Assembly (NCBI GenBank): GCA_041662745.1
Contig: JBAZRV010000005.1
Span: 74,316-106,315, forward strand
From: Patescibacteria group bacterium
Lineage (GTDB): Bacteria; Patescibacteriota; Patescibacteriia; 2-01-FULL-39-33
Reading direction: 5' to 3'
DNA length: 32,000 nt
This document shows positions 24,133 through 32,000 of this stretch, piece by piece. The position numbers were made by a program, and so were the translations under genes. Below the pieces are notes generated by a model. The model saw nothing but the letters and a program-made list of their open reading frames with translations. It searched no databases and was not told where the DNA came from. The stretch's first letter is position 1; every line of letters begins with the position of its first letter.

Positions 24133-25896
24133 TTATTCGCCGATAAAGCCGCCGGCTTGCAAATTCCATAATTTGCCATAAATGCCACGGGGCTTTTTCA
24201 ATAAATCATCATGGCTGCCATCCTCAATGATCCGGCCATTATCAACCACGATAATGCGATCCATTTTACGGATAGTGGATAAGCGATGCGCAATAACAAT
24301 TACGGTTTTATTTTTCATCAATTTGCTTAAGGCGTCTTGAATGAACATCTCCGACTCCGAATCCAACGATGAAGTGGCTTCATCCATTACCAGTATTGAT
24401 GCATCTTTCAAGATGGCTCGGGCGATGGCAACGCGCTGGCGTTCGCCGCCAGACAATTTAATCCCGCGCTCCCCCACCAAGGTCTCATAGTTATGGGACA
24501 TCTTATTGATAAACTCGTGGCAATGCGCGGCTTTGGCCGCTTTTATCACCTCGGCGTCAGTCGCTTCCGGCCGGCCGTAGCGGATATTTTCCATAAGCGA
24601 ACGATGGAATAACATGGGCTCTTGGGGCACCAATGAAACGTTTTGCCACAAACTTTCCTGTGTTACGCGGGAAATGTCTTGGCCGTCAATAAAAACTTTG
24701 CCGCCGCCGACGTCATGCATGCGCAAGATTAATTTGGCGATTGTTGATTTGCCTGAACCGGACGGCCCGATTACCGCCAGTCGTTGATGCGCCGCTATAG
24801 ACAAATTAAAATCTTCAAGCACTCCGGCCCCGTCATGATAACCGAAAAATACGTGATCAAAAACAATCTCCCCCCTATCAACTTGCAATTTTTTGGCTTT
24901 GGGAATATCCGCTAACTCAGGCGGGGTAGCCAAGACGACAGTCATTTCCTCGGCGTCGGACAAACTTTCATAAATACGCCTGATATTATTGCCGAATTCC
25001 CAAATACGATCGGTAATGCTGTTAAAATACGACTGGACCAAGACAAAATCGCCGATAGTAAACTCGCCATGATACCACAAATAAACCGCATAAGCCAAGA
25101 TGCCGATCTGCAGGCCGTTTATCAAAAACCCCTGAACCGAATCAAATGCCGCGCCCAAATCCCAAGCCCAAACCTTGGCCCGACGCAGTTCTTCGTTGGC
25201 TTGAGCATAAGCCTTAACTTCACGCCGATAACCGTTGAATAATTTGACATTGGCGTTGTTAGTGATGGTATCGGCCAGAATACTGGTGCTTTTAGTGTCC
25301 AATTCCGCTCGCTTAATATCATACTTAAGCTTAAACTTGGTAAAAAACCAATTAATAGTCAAAAAAACCACCAGCCAGACAATAACCAACGCGCCCAACC
25401 AAACATTAACGCCGAACAAAACGGCGGTAATGAAAATAAGCATGACGACTAACGGAGCAAAACTCCAAATTATGCGATCGGCAATGCTTTCAAATGAGGC
25501 AACGAACCATTTGACTTTCTTGGTCAGCGAACCGACAAAATTACTGTTAAAATAATTAAAGGAGTTCTTATGCAAATATTCAAAACAAGAATTATTCAGC
25601 TCAGTGATAACCCGGGCCTCAAAATGATTGGCGGAAAAGACGTTAATTCGTTTCAATAGCCAGCGAACCAGAGAAATAACAGCGATAATAACGAGAATCC
25701 AAACAATACCGGGGAGGATATCCGCCTTGCCGGTCGGCAAAGTCAACAAATCAAATAACTGTTTATAATACAAGGGCGAAATAACCTCCAGAATGGTACC
25801 GCCGATAATGCCGCCAAGAGCCAAGGACATGGTCCAGGGATGTTTTTTGGAAGCCCGCCAATAATGACCTAAAGTTTTTTTAGTGTTATCTTTCAT
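24133..25896 (-). CDS. ABC exporter, fused permease/ATPase (MsbA/type I exporter-like)
   Basis: Six-TM N-terminal domain plus NBD with Walker A GPSGSGKST, signature LSGGERQRVAIARA and Walker B ILVMDEATS. ATG 25896 is preferred because the track's TTG 25920 abuts the upstream terminator T-run. Confidence 0.9.
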   Translation of the reverse strand: MKDNTKKTLGHYWRASKKHPWTMSLALGGIIGGTILEVISPLYYKQLFDLLTLPTGKADILPGIVWILVIIAVISLVRWLLKRINVFSANHFEARVITELNNSCFEYLHKNSFNYFNSNFVGSLTKKVKWFVASFESIADRIIWSFAPLVVMLIFITAVLFGVNVWLGALVIVWLVVFLTINWFFTKFKLKYDIKRAELDTKSTSILADTITNNANVKLFNGYRREVKAYAQANEELRRAKVWAWDLGAAFDSVQGFLINGLQIGILAYAVYLWYHGEFTIGDFVLVQSYFNSITDRIWEFGNNIRRIYESLSDAEEMTVVLATPPELADIPKAKKLQVDRGEIVFDHVFFGYHDGAGVLEDFNLSIAAHQRLAVIGPSGSGKSTIAKLILRMHDVGGGKVFIDGQDISRVTQESLWQNVSLVPQEPMLFHRSLMENIRYGRPEATDAEVIKAAKAAHCHEFINKMSHNYETLVGERGIKLSGGERQRVAIARAILKDASILVMDEATSSLDSESEMFIQDALSKLMKNKTVIVIAHRLSTIRKMDRIIVVDNGRIIEDGSHDDLLKKPRGIYGKLWNLQAGGFIGE

Positions 25897-25921
25897 AAGA
25901 TATGAATAAATACGATCCAAA

Positions 25922-25955
25922 TAAAAAGAGACGCTGCCTCAATGCGCAACGTCTC
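25922..25955 (-). terminator. rho-independent terminator after the 25969..26799 gene
   Basis: Minus strand: GAGACGtTGC-8 nt loop-GCAgCGTCTC followed by TTTTTAT. Confidence 0.75.
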
Positions 25956-25968
25956 CGACATAGTCTGA

Positions 25969-26799
25969 TTAACGAGTAGAAGTTGCGGTATCGGATATGT
26001 TGGATATAACGGGGGAAGAGGCTGAGGCGCCATTAGGCATGCTTTCGGAAACAGCGGGAGAAATTATTTCGCCAATACCCTTAAGCGCTTGCAAATCAAT
26101 GGCCGCCAAACCCAGGAAATAGCGTTTGCCATCAACCGGCGAAACATACCAGGCGCCGGTCTTACCGCCGTCAAGCAAAAGTATCTTACCCTTGAAGTTA
26201 GCCGCGAATTTCAGATCAATTGGCTGTTTAATGCTGGCGTCCTCGCCGCTAGTGCCGGCCTGACCCAAGGGAATGCGCACCAAATCATTGGCACTAATGG
26301 CCACACCGCGATTTAAGATGGTATAAAAAGCGTCGGGATCAATATTGGCCAAAGCCGACTTGAAAGTATTATAGATCCTGACGGCTTCGTCCTTTTGCTG
26401 AATCAAATCCTGGACTTTCTGAGTCTGCAAAGCGATAGCGCTCTGGCTGGCATTAACATCCTCTTGCATTTTAGCCAAATCATTCAAGCTTTTAGTTAAT
26501 TGAGCGTCCTTGCTTGCCAGAGTCTGATTGACCGTCTCCAATTCTGTTTGCGATTGCCTTAGCGACGACTGCAACTGCACCGAAGCCGACAATAAAGCGG
26601 CATTATCGGTATAAATTTTGGCCGCATAAGCGGTCTCGGCAATAAATAAAACGATAATCACGCCATAAAAAAACCATCTTTGCCAGCGTCGGAATCTTAT
26701 TTCCTTGCCCACTTGGACCTGGGGCACCACCGGCGCACCGCAATTGGGGCAATTAGGCACATTATCCGGTATTTGGCGTTTGCAATTGAAACAAATCAT
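25969..26799 (-). CDS. hypothetical zinc-ribbon / TM / coiled-coil protein
   Basis: 276 aa. N-terminal CFNC...CPNC zinc ribbon, TM (FFYGVIIVLFIAETAYAA), long coiled coil, and a C-terminal segment with GKILLLDGGKTGAWYVSPVDGKRYFLG. Confidence 0.7.
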   Translation of the reverse strand: MICFNCKRQIPDNVPNCPNCGAPVVPQVQVGKEIRFRRWQRWFFYGVIIVLFIAETAYAAKIYTDNAALLSASVQLQSSLRQSQTELETVNQTLASKDAQLTKSLNDLAKMQEDVNASQSAIALQTQKVQDLIQQKDEAVRIYNTFKSALANIDPDAFYTILNRGVAISANDLVRIPLGQAGTSGEDASIKQPIDLKFAANFKGKILLLDGGKTGAWYVSPVDGKRYFLGLAAIDLQALKGIGEIISPAVSESMPNGASASSPVISNISDTATSTR

Positions 26800-26832
26800 A
26801 AATATAATGTTTAAATTAATATAAGTACTTTA

Positions 26833-26841
26833 ATTATAACA
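26833..26841 (-). promoter_or_regulatory. extended -10 promoter element for the 25969..26799 gene
   Basis: Minus strand: TGtTATAAT, 33 nt upstream of the ATG at 26799. Confidence 0.5.
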
Positions 26842-26999
26842 TTTATTAAAAAATTAATAAAATTATAATCGCCATTATTTTTTATCATTTAGCATTAACT
26901 GTCAAAAAAGAAAAAACACTTTAAAACCATAATAGACAAACAAGTAAACCAAACATCACTTATCCCCAGAAGCGATGTTTTTTAATTTGGCCCGATTTA

Positions 27000-27008
27000 T
27001 GGTATAAT
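27000..27008 (+). promoter_or_regulatory. extended -10 promoter element for the giant ORF
   Basis: TGgTATAAT followed by ATAAGCAAAC, the same downstream context as the ATPase promoter. 27 nt upstream of GTG 27035 and 69 nt upstream of ATG 27077. Confidence 0.6.
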
Positions 27009-27076
27009 ATAAGCAAACTAAATAAGATTCTCTCGTGATTAATTCCAAAAAGAAGAGCAAGGAAGAGAGTAAAAAT

Positions 27077-30000
27077 ATGCAGGGAGAGAAATCACTGCGT
27101 CGATTTTTTGGTTACGAATTATTGTTAATTAAGCGCCACGGCTTTGACGCCCTGCTTTTTGCTGTTTTTTTAATTCTCATCTGGGCTTCAATAAAAATTC
27201 TGGGTTTAAAAAGTATTTTTTTAGTTTTACTACTGTTAGCGGATATTGCCGTATATGTCTCCTATCGTTATTCCATCTCTATCCCCGGCATCGCCAAAAT
27301 TTCTGCTCACTATATAAGAATTTCCACTCAAAATTACAGCCAACTTAATTCACGTCATTTCCGCTTCAAATTGCTATATTATCTAACGCTGTTAATACAC
27401 GACATTGATTCCGGTTTCGGCCTGATCATAAACCAAGATCTGCCGTTAGGCATTGATTTCAATAAAAAAAACAGACTCAAAACAGAACCGGTTAAAGCTG
27501 AATATCTGAAAGAATCATTAAAGGCTCATCACTATAAAAAGAAAAAAGCAACTTTCGCCACCATAACTGCTTCACTCGTCATTACCGTTTTGATTCTATC
27601 CGTAGCGCTTTTAATCACGGGCAATGCCAAAGCCGCCACCTATGACTGGATCCAAACTTCCTGGAGCGGCGGAGCTGATACCGTAACCGTGGCCACCCAT
27701 CCCGACGACAAAACCGACTGGAACAAATATTATTCCAAGGACGGGGGTATTGAGGCCGGCTCTATCATGGCGCTATCTCTTTATGCTTCTACCAGTATTG
27801 ATACTCTAAGTGTTGATTTCAACGCCGGCACAGCGAGTAATACCTATATTTCCAGTACAGGTGCGGTTATTCTACTAAAAATAGAGAATGCTTCCTGTTC
27901 TATTGCTTCCGAATGTGCTAATGGTGCCTGTGTAGCAGGTCAATGCTATGCTTGTGGAACATCTACTGTCGCCTACGAAGGAGGTCCCTGGGACAGTGCC
28001 GGCACATCGACTTCCACGGATGGCTACTATCGTACCGTCGCCATAGGTGACCAATGCTGGTTTAAGGATAATCTTAATATTGGTACTGCCATCGGTTCCA
28101 AATTGGCTAATAATTCTACGCTTCAGAATCAAACAGATAATGAAGTTATTGAGAAATATTGCTACAGCTATATTCAACAAGGAAATGCCGGACAAATAAC
28201 TGCTGGCCTCGCCGATTGCGTCGTTTATGGCGGTTTATACCAATGGCCGGAAGCGGTCCAATACAACAATGGTGTGACACTTACAACTGGTGAAACTGTG
28301 ACCGACGGCAACATCCAGGGCATCTGCCCGACTGGTTGGCACATCCCCAGTGACACTGAATTCTCCGCTCTCTCAACTTACCTGGGTGGCGATAGTGCTA
28401 GTGGTGATAATTTGAAGGCTGTCACTACGTGGAATGCTCCAAATACCGGGGCAGATAATTCCTCTGGTTTTACCGCATTGGCGTCAGGCATCCGCTTTAC
28501 TACTGGATTATTCACTAATCGTGGCGAATACTCTTATTTTTGGGCCTCGTCGCCAAAAACCGCCACATTAACCTGGAGGCGTCTACTGTCGTATAATGGT
28601 GTTACATTTAGTCGCGATTCTAACCTTAGAACAATAGGATTTAGTGTCCGTTGTCTAAAAGATTCCGTGCCTGAAGCGCAGGTAGTCTCCAATTCTGGCA
28701 CCTTCACCTCAGCCGTCAAAAATTTAGACGGACTCAGTTCAGAGGTTACTCTTACTTGGTCAGCTTCCGTAACTCCGGGAACCAGCGCTGTTGTTCTGCA
28801 AGTTCGTTCCGGCTCCACGGATTCCCCCGTTTCCGATTCTGACCCGAATTGGACCGCTTGGACCGAAACCGCCAGCGGCGTTCCTTTGGCTGAAGCGCTT
28901 CTCGGCCGGCATTATTTGCAATATCGTGCTATTTTATCTTCTACTGATTTAAATAATTCTCCCAGTTTGGATGAGATTACCCTTGATTGGACCGCCTACC
29001 CTTCTTCGGCTTCGCTCATATCCTCTCCTTACGACTCGGGATCGGCAAGCAATATCATTCCTAAAATAACTTGGACGGCGACTAACACTTCTACGCTTAA
29101 TACGGTCAAATTCCAAATCAGATCAGCCGCTGCCACTTCCACTTTGAGTTCCGCCCCCTGGTGCGGTTTCGCCGATACGGGAGAGGCTTGCACGGGTGAT
29201 AATTATTTTGACTACGCCAAAAATGGGACTCAGATTACTGATTCCGAACATCCGTTAATATCCGGGGGCGATGACAGATACTTCCAATACCGGATAGAAC
29301 TGGCTTCAGGCGGCACTTCCACTCCGACAGTTTCTTCAGTTACTGTCACTTACGTGGTTAACGCCGCTCCCGAATTCACTACCACCACTTCTGTCAGCCA
29401 AAGATCTCCCGACGGCAAAGTCCAAATAAATTACTCCGCCCTGGATTCTGACACTGCTTCCTCGGGGGTTAGCTGCCCCGATTGCGTTATCGCCTCATTC
29501 CGCTATTCAATTGATGACGGCACATCCTGGACCAGTATTTCCGAACAATATTTATCTGCTCCGGAAGGGGCCGACGCCGGTTACGCCACCACCACTATCG
29601 GCACCGCAACCAGCACTTATTCCGTCCTTTGGGATGCTAAAAGCCAGATTAACGGCATCTATTCCACCACTACCAAAATAGAGATTACGCTTAATGACTT
29701 GGAAGGCGGAAATAACCTTGTTGTCACTACTACCGAGGCCTTTACTCTGGATGTGGCTAATCCCGACCTCGGCGCTAAACCGATAATAGTCAAAGCCAAC
29801 GGAGCCGTAATTAACGGCGCTACTGCTCAATTGACTCTTGATGCTTCCGATGACACTCTCGGCCTGCAGATGTGTCTGACTTTAGACAGCACTTATGCCA
29901 GTTGTAATTATACTGATTACGATACTGCCGGCGCTATCATTCTAACCGCCGATCCTAAACGCGTTTATGCTTCATTCAAAGACGCTTATGGCAATATTTC

Positions 30001-32000
30001 CACTGCCAGCGCTCTGACTCCTGAAACGCCCAATAACATAATTATCAAAGACGTTTCTGATGTTGAAGCCTCGGTTTATCAAGAATTCATCGTTTGGAAG
30101 GCCATAGCTTCCACTACTTTCAAATATTACCACGTGGAGCATTCAACTGACGGAGTGGCTTACGAAGAACTGGATCTTATAGATAATAGCAGTATTAATT
30201 TCTACTTTCATCAGGGATTAACCAATAATAGTTACCATTATTACCGGATTTATACGGAAAATACCAATGGCGATACTTCTTTTTATACTAATATTGTAAG
30301 TGACGCTACTGACGGCGTCGGCGGCACAAATCCCAACCCGCCTATTCTTACTAACGTGGAAGTTACCGCAACCACTACCCAATCGGCCACTATTGAATGG
30401 GACACCAATGAATTAGCCAACTCTTCAGTGCATTATTCCACTGATTTAAGTTTCAATATCACGGTCGGTTCGCTGAGCATGGCCCAAGATGCTACCCATA
30501 TCGGCCGGCATCAAGTAGTCCTGACCAATCTGACTCCGGGCCAATCCTATAATTTTACCGTGGAATCGGAAAATGCCCTGGGCATTTCCGGCGTCAACAC
30601 TAATGAAAGCTTGGGCTACCCTTTTGATACTATTTCCGGTCCGGTCATCAGCAACGTTACTGCCAATAATTTGACCAACAACAGCGCTACTATCGTCTGG
30701 AATACCAATCTAAGTTCGGATTCCGCCGTCTATTACACTACTTCATCAGAATTCACCGCCTTTGAAAATGCCGGGGTTAGCACTGTATTGACCAACCACG
30801 AAGTGACTATTAGCGGCCTTACTCGCGGCACTGTTTATTATTATTATGTCAAATCAGGCGTGGCCACTGACGACAATGCCGGTGTTTATTATAGCTTTAC
30901 CACGCCTTACGACAATGTTGCTCCAGTCATCAGCAACACCGCTGCCACTATTGTCATTGACACTCAAGCTCTGATTAATTGGACTACCAATGAACTCTCT
31001 GACTCCGAAGTGGTTTACGGCACTGAATCAAATAATTATACTCTTAATTCAACCGATGCTAATTTAGCTCTCAAGCACAGCATTGTCCTCCCGGATCTTG
31101 CCACTTCCACCACTTATTATTATAAAGTCATTTCCTCGGATGCCTCAAGCAATGAGGCATCTTCCACTGAAGAGTTATCTTTCACCACCTTAGAAACCTT
31201 GTCTCAAGAATCAGCGATATTGCTAAGGGAGGCGGCAGCCGAATTAAGCGGTGAAATTACCGGGGCCGCGAATGTCACTTGCGGCGGCGGAGGGGGCGGC
31301 GGTTCCATTGACCGCAGCAAACCGGTTATCAGTGACATAAAAATAAGCGAGGTTGAGGCTAACGGAGCCGTAATAAGTTGGAGCACTAATAAAGCGGGTA
31401 GCAGCATCGTGAGATATGGCACCGATAAGCACTACGGCAATGCCGTGGTCTATTATGACAATACAAAAAATCATAGCGTACCGTTAAAGAATCTTGATTC
31501 TTCAACGGAATATAATTATTTGGTGGATACCATTGATGGAAACGGCAACATTGGGACTTCCGTTGAAGCGTCCTTTGTCACTACTGATATTCTGGGATTA
31601 GCCGTTGACGCCAACGGCAATCCAGCCATAACAGTCAATGAAGCCGGCGTTAGCAGTAACAGCAACGATAACCTCTTCTCCGCCGCCATGGTCAAGGCCG
31701 CTTCCTACATCACGGCCATGGCCGGGAAGGTTTCGGTCAATACGTTGGAGAGCAATCTGACTTCCAATTATAATCTCATCCGCCAGCTGTCTTCCTCGGT
31801 CCCCGCTCCCCTGCTTTCCGGCGAACCTCGCGTCCTGACCACCGCCGATACGGCCACTGTCACCTGGAGCACAGACAAGGAGGCCAATTCCCTGGTGGCC
31901 TTGGCTCCGGAAGGCAAATATAATCCCTCTTCAGGCGATAACGCCTATGTTCAGACCGTGGGCAACCCCAACGAGGCCGTCACCAAGCATACGGTCCTGA
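27077..32000 (+). CDS. giant multi-domain surface protein, 5' part only (at least 1641 codons, continues past the window)
   Basis: The frame with codons at 27077, 27080... contains no stop through the last full codon at 31997-31999. I checked the frame by hand at 27602, 28022, 28622, 29822, 31262 and 31982. An in-frame GTG at 27035 is an alternative start. The ORF is not in the supplied track. The translated product shows TM segments, a FISUMP-type domain (...VAIGDQCWFKDNL...YGGLYQW...CPTGWHIPSDTEF...GFSVRCLKD), an Asp-box (SIDDGTSW) and repeated FN3-like units. Confidence 0.9.
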   Translation, partial: MQGEKSLRRFFGYELLLIKRHGFDALLFAVFLILIWASIKILGLKSIFLVLLLLADIAVYVSYRYSISIPGIAKISAHYIRISTQNYSQLNSRHFRFKLLYYLTLLIHDIDSGFGLIINQDLPLGIDFNKKNRLKTEPVKAEYLKESLKAHHYKKKKATFATITASLVITVLILSVALLITGNAKAATYDWIQTSWSGGADTVTVATHPDDKTDWNKYYSKDGGIEAGSIMALSLYASTSIDTLSVDFNAGTASNTYISSTGAVILLKIENASCSIASECANGACVAGQCYACGTSTVAYEGGPWDSAGTSTSTDGYYRTVAIGDQCWFKDNLNIGTAIGSKLANNSTLQNQTDNEVIEKYCYSYIQQGNAGQITAGLADCVVYGGLYQWPEAVQYNNGVTLTTGETVTDGNIQGICPTGWHIPSDTEFSALSTYLGGDSASGDNLKAVTTWNAPNTGADNSSGFTALASGIRFTTGLFTNRGEYSYFWASSPKTATLTWRRLLSYNGVTFSRDSNLRTIGFSVRCLKDSVPEAQVVSNSGTFTSAVKNLDGLSSEVTLTWSASVTPGTSAVVLQVRSGSTDSPVSDSDPNWTAWTETASGVPLAEALLGRHYLQYRAILSSTDLNNSPSLDEITLDWTAYPSSASLISSPYDSGSASNIIPKITWTATNTSTLNTVKFQIRSAAATSTLSSAPWCGFADTGEACTGDNYFDYAKNGTQITDSEHPLISGGDDRYFQYRIELASGGTSTPTVSSVTVTYVVNAAPEFTTTTSVSQRSPDGKVQINYSALDSDTASSGVSCPDCVIASFRYSIDDGTSWTSISEQYLSAPEGADAGYATTTIGTATSTYSVLWDAKSQINGIYSTTTKIEITLNDLEGGNNLVVTTTEAFTLDVANPDLGAKPIIVKANGAVINGATAQLTLDASDDTLGLQMCLTLDSTYASCNYTDYDTAGAIILTADPKRVYASFKDAYGNISTASALTPETPNNIIIKDVSDVEASVYQEFIVWKAIASTTFKYYHVEHSTDGVAYEELDLIDNSSINFYFHQGLTNNSYHYYRIYTENTNGDTSFYTNIVSDATDGVGGTNPNPPILTNVEVTATTTQSATIEWDTNELANSSVHYSTDLSFNITVGSLSMAQDATHIGRHQVVLTNLTPGQSYNFTVESENALGISGVNTNESLGYPFDTISGPVISNVTANNLTNNSATIVWNTNLSSDSAVYYTTSSEFTAFENAGVSTVLTNHEVTISGLTRGTVYYYYVKSGVATDDNAGVYYSFTTPYDNVAPVISNTAATIVIDTQALINWTTNELSDSEVVYGTESNNYTLNSTDANLALKHSIVLPDLATSTTYYYKVISSDASSNEASSTEELSFTTLETLSQESAILLREAAAELSGEITGAANVTCGGGGGGGSIDRSKPVISDIKISEVEANGAVISWSTNKAGSSIVRYGTDKHYGNAVVYYDNTKNHSVPLKNLDSSTEYNYLVDTIDGNGNIGTSVEASFVTTDILGLAVDANGNPAITVNEAGVSSNSNDNLFSAAMVKAASYITAMAGKVSVNTLESNLTSNYNLIRQLSSSVPAPLLSGEPRVLTTADTATVTWSTDKEANSLVALAPEGKYNPSSGDNAYVQTVGNPNEAVTKHTVL

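Noticed and set aside
28022-28663. Diversity-generating retroelement target (C-type-lectin-fold domain ending GFSVRCLKD)
   Set aside because: There is no reverse transcriptase gene in the window. By eye I saw no second near-identical copy (template repeat) of the 3' part of this domain. This could only be revisited with the rest of the genome.
27875-31474. Six minus-strand track ORFs (27875..28195, 28534..28818, 29552..29830, 31204..31422, 31244..31474, etc.)
   Set aside because: All lie antisense to the uninterrupted + strand giant ORF, whose translation has clear domain signatures. For example, the PPPPPPP run in 31204..31422 is simply the reverse of the Gly7 linker.
1-32000. Alternative genetic code (for example UGA recoding, as in some candidate phyla)
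   Set aside because: Well-recognised genes end at TGA, TAA or TAG at the expected protein lengths (the partial first ORF and the Arg-rich ORF end in TGA). No conserved gene is interrupted by in-frame stops. The missing giant ORF is explained by the window edge, not by recoding.
1-32000. CRISPR arrays, rRNA genes, transposases/IS elements, known defence systems
   Set aside because: No regularly spaced direct repeats, rRNA-like conserved stretches, DDE/HUH transposase ORFs or recognisable defence-gene motifs were seen on either strand.

Overview
All calls were made by eye from the sequence and the ORF track; no searches were run. The window looks like part of a small, streamlined, moderately AT-rich bacterial chromosome. 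Gene content and style resemble Candidate Phyla Radiation (Patescibacteria)-like genomes, but this lineage assignment is inference only.

Gene content, left to right:
- The 3' end of a repeat-rich ORF, then a secretin-less type IV pilus alignment module (pilM-pilN-pilO plus one extra TM protein, + strand).
- A minus-strand Fe-S cluster operon: Rrf2/IscR, IscU, Nfu, IscS.
- Two secreted proteins, one a C39-like peptidase lipoprotein.
- A shortened UvrA.
- A XerC/D-family tyrosine recombinase with a dif-like site directly upstream of it.
- A ~1.9 kb islet of small hypothetical + strand ORFs. Unlike the housekeeping genes here, these have strong Shine-Dalgarno sites.
- cysS, a DUF192 lipoprotein and a WecA/TagO-like GT4 transferase.
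- A tiny SD-led two-ORF operon (Arg-rich peptide plus membrane zinc-ribbon protein).
- An rlpA-like gene followed by ftsE and ftsX.
- tRNA-Gly(CCC) and tRNA-Thr(CGU).
- A membrane parvulin with a long Lys/Ala-rich tail, ftsB/divIC, a P-type ATPase, an ABC exporter and a zinc-ribbon/coiled-coil protein.

The most striking feature is a giant + strand ORF from about 27077 to beyond 32000 (at least 1641 codons). It is absent from the supplied ORF track, probably because it has no stop inside the window. It encodes a multi-domain surface protein: an N-terminal membrane domain, a Fibrobacter-type (FISUMP, C-type-lectin-like) domain, beta-sandwich modules, an Asp-box module and an FN3-like array.

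Near-consensus TGnTATAAT promoters and clean rho-independent terminators are readable throughout. Several genes have the -10 box only 4-6 nt from the ATG, which suggests leaderless mRNAs. No rRNA, CRISPR array, transposase or recognisable defence system was seen.
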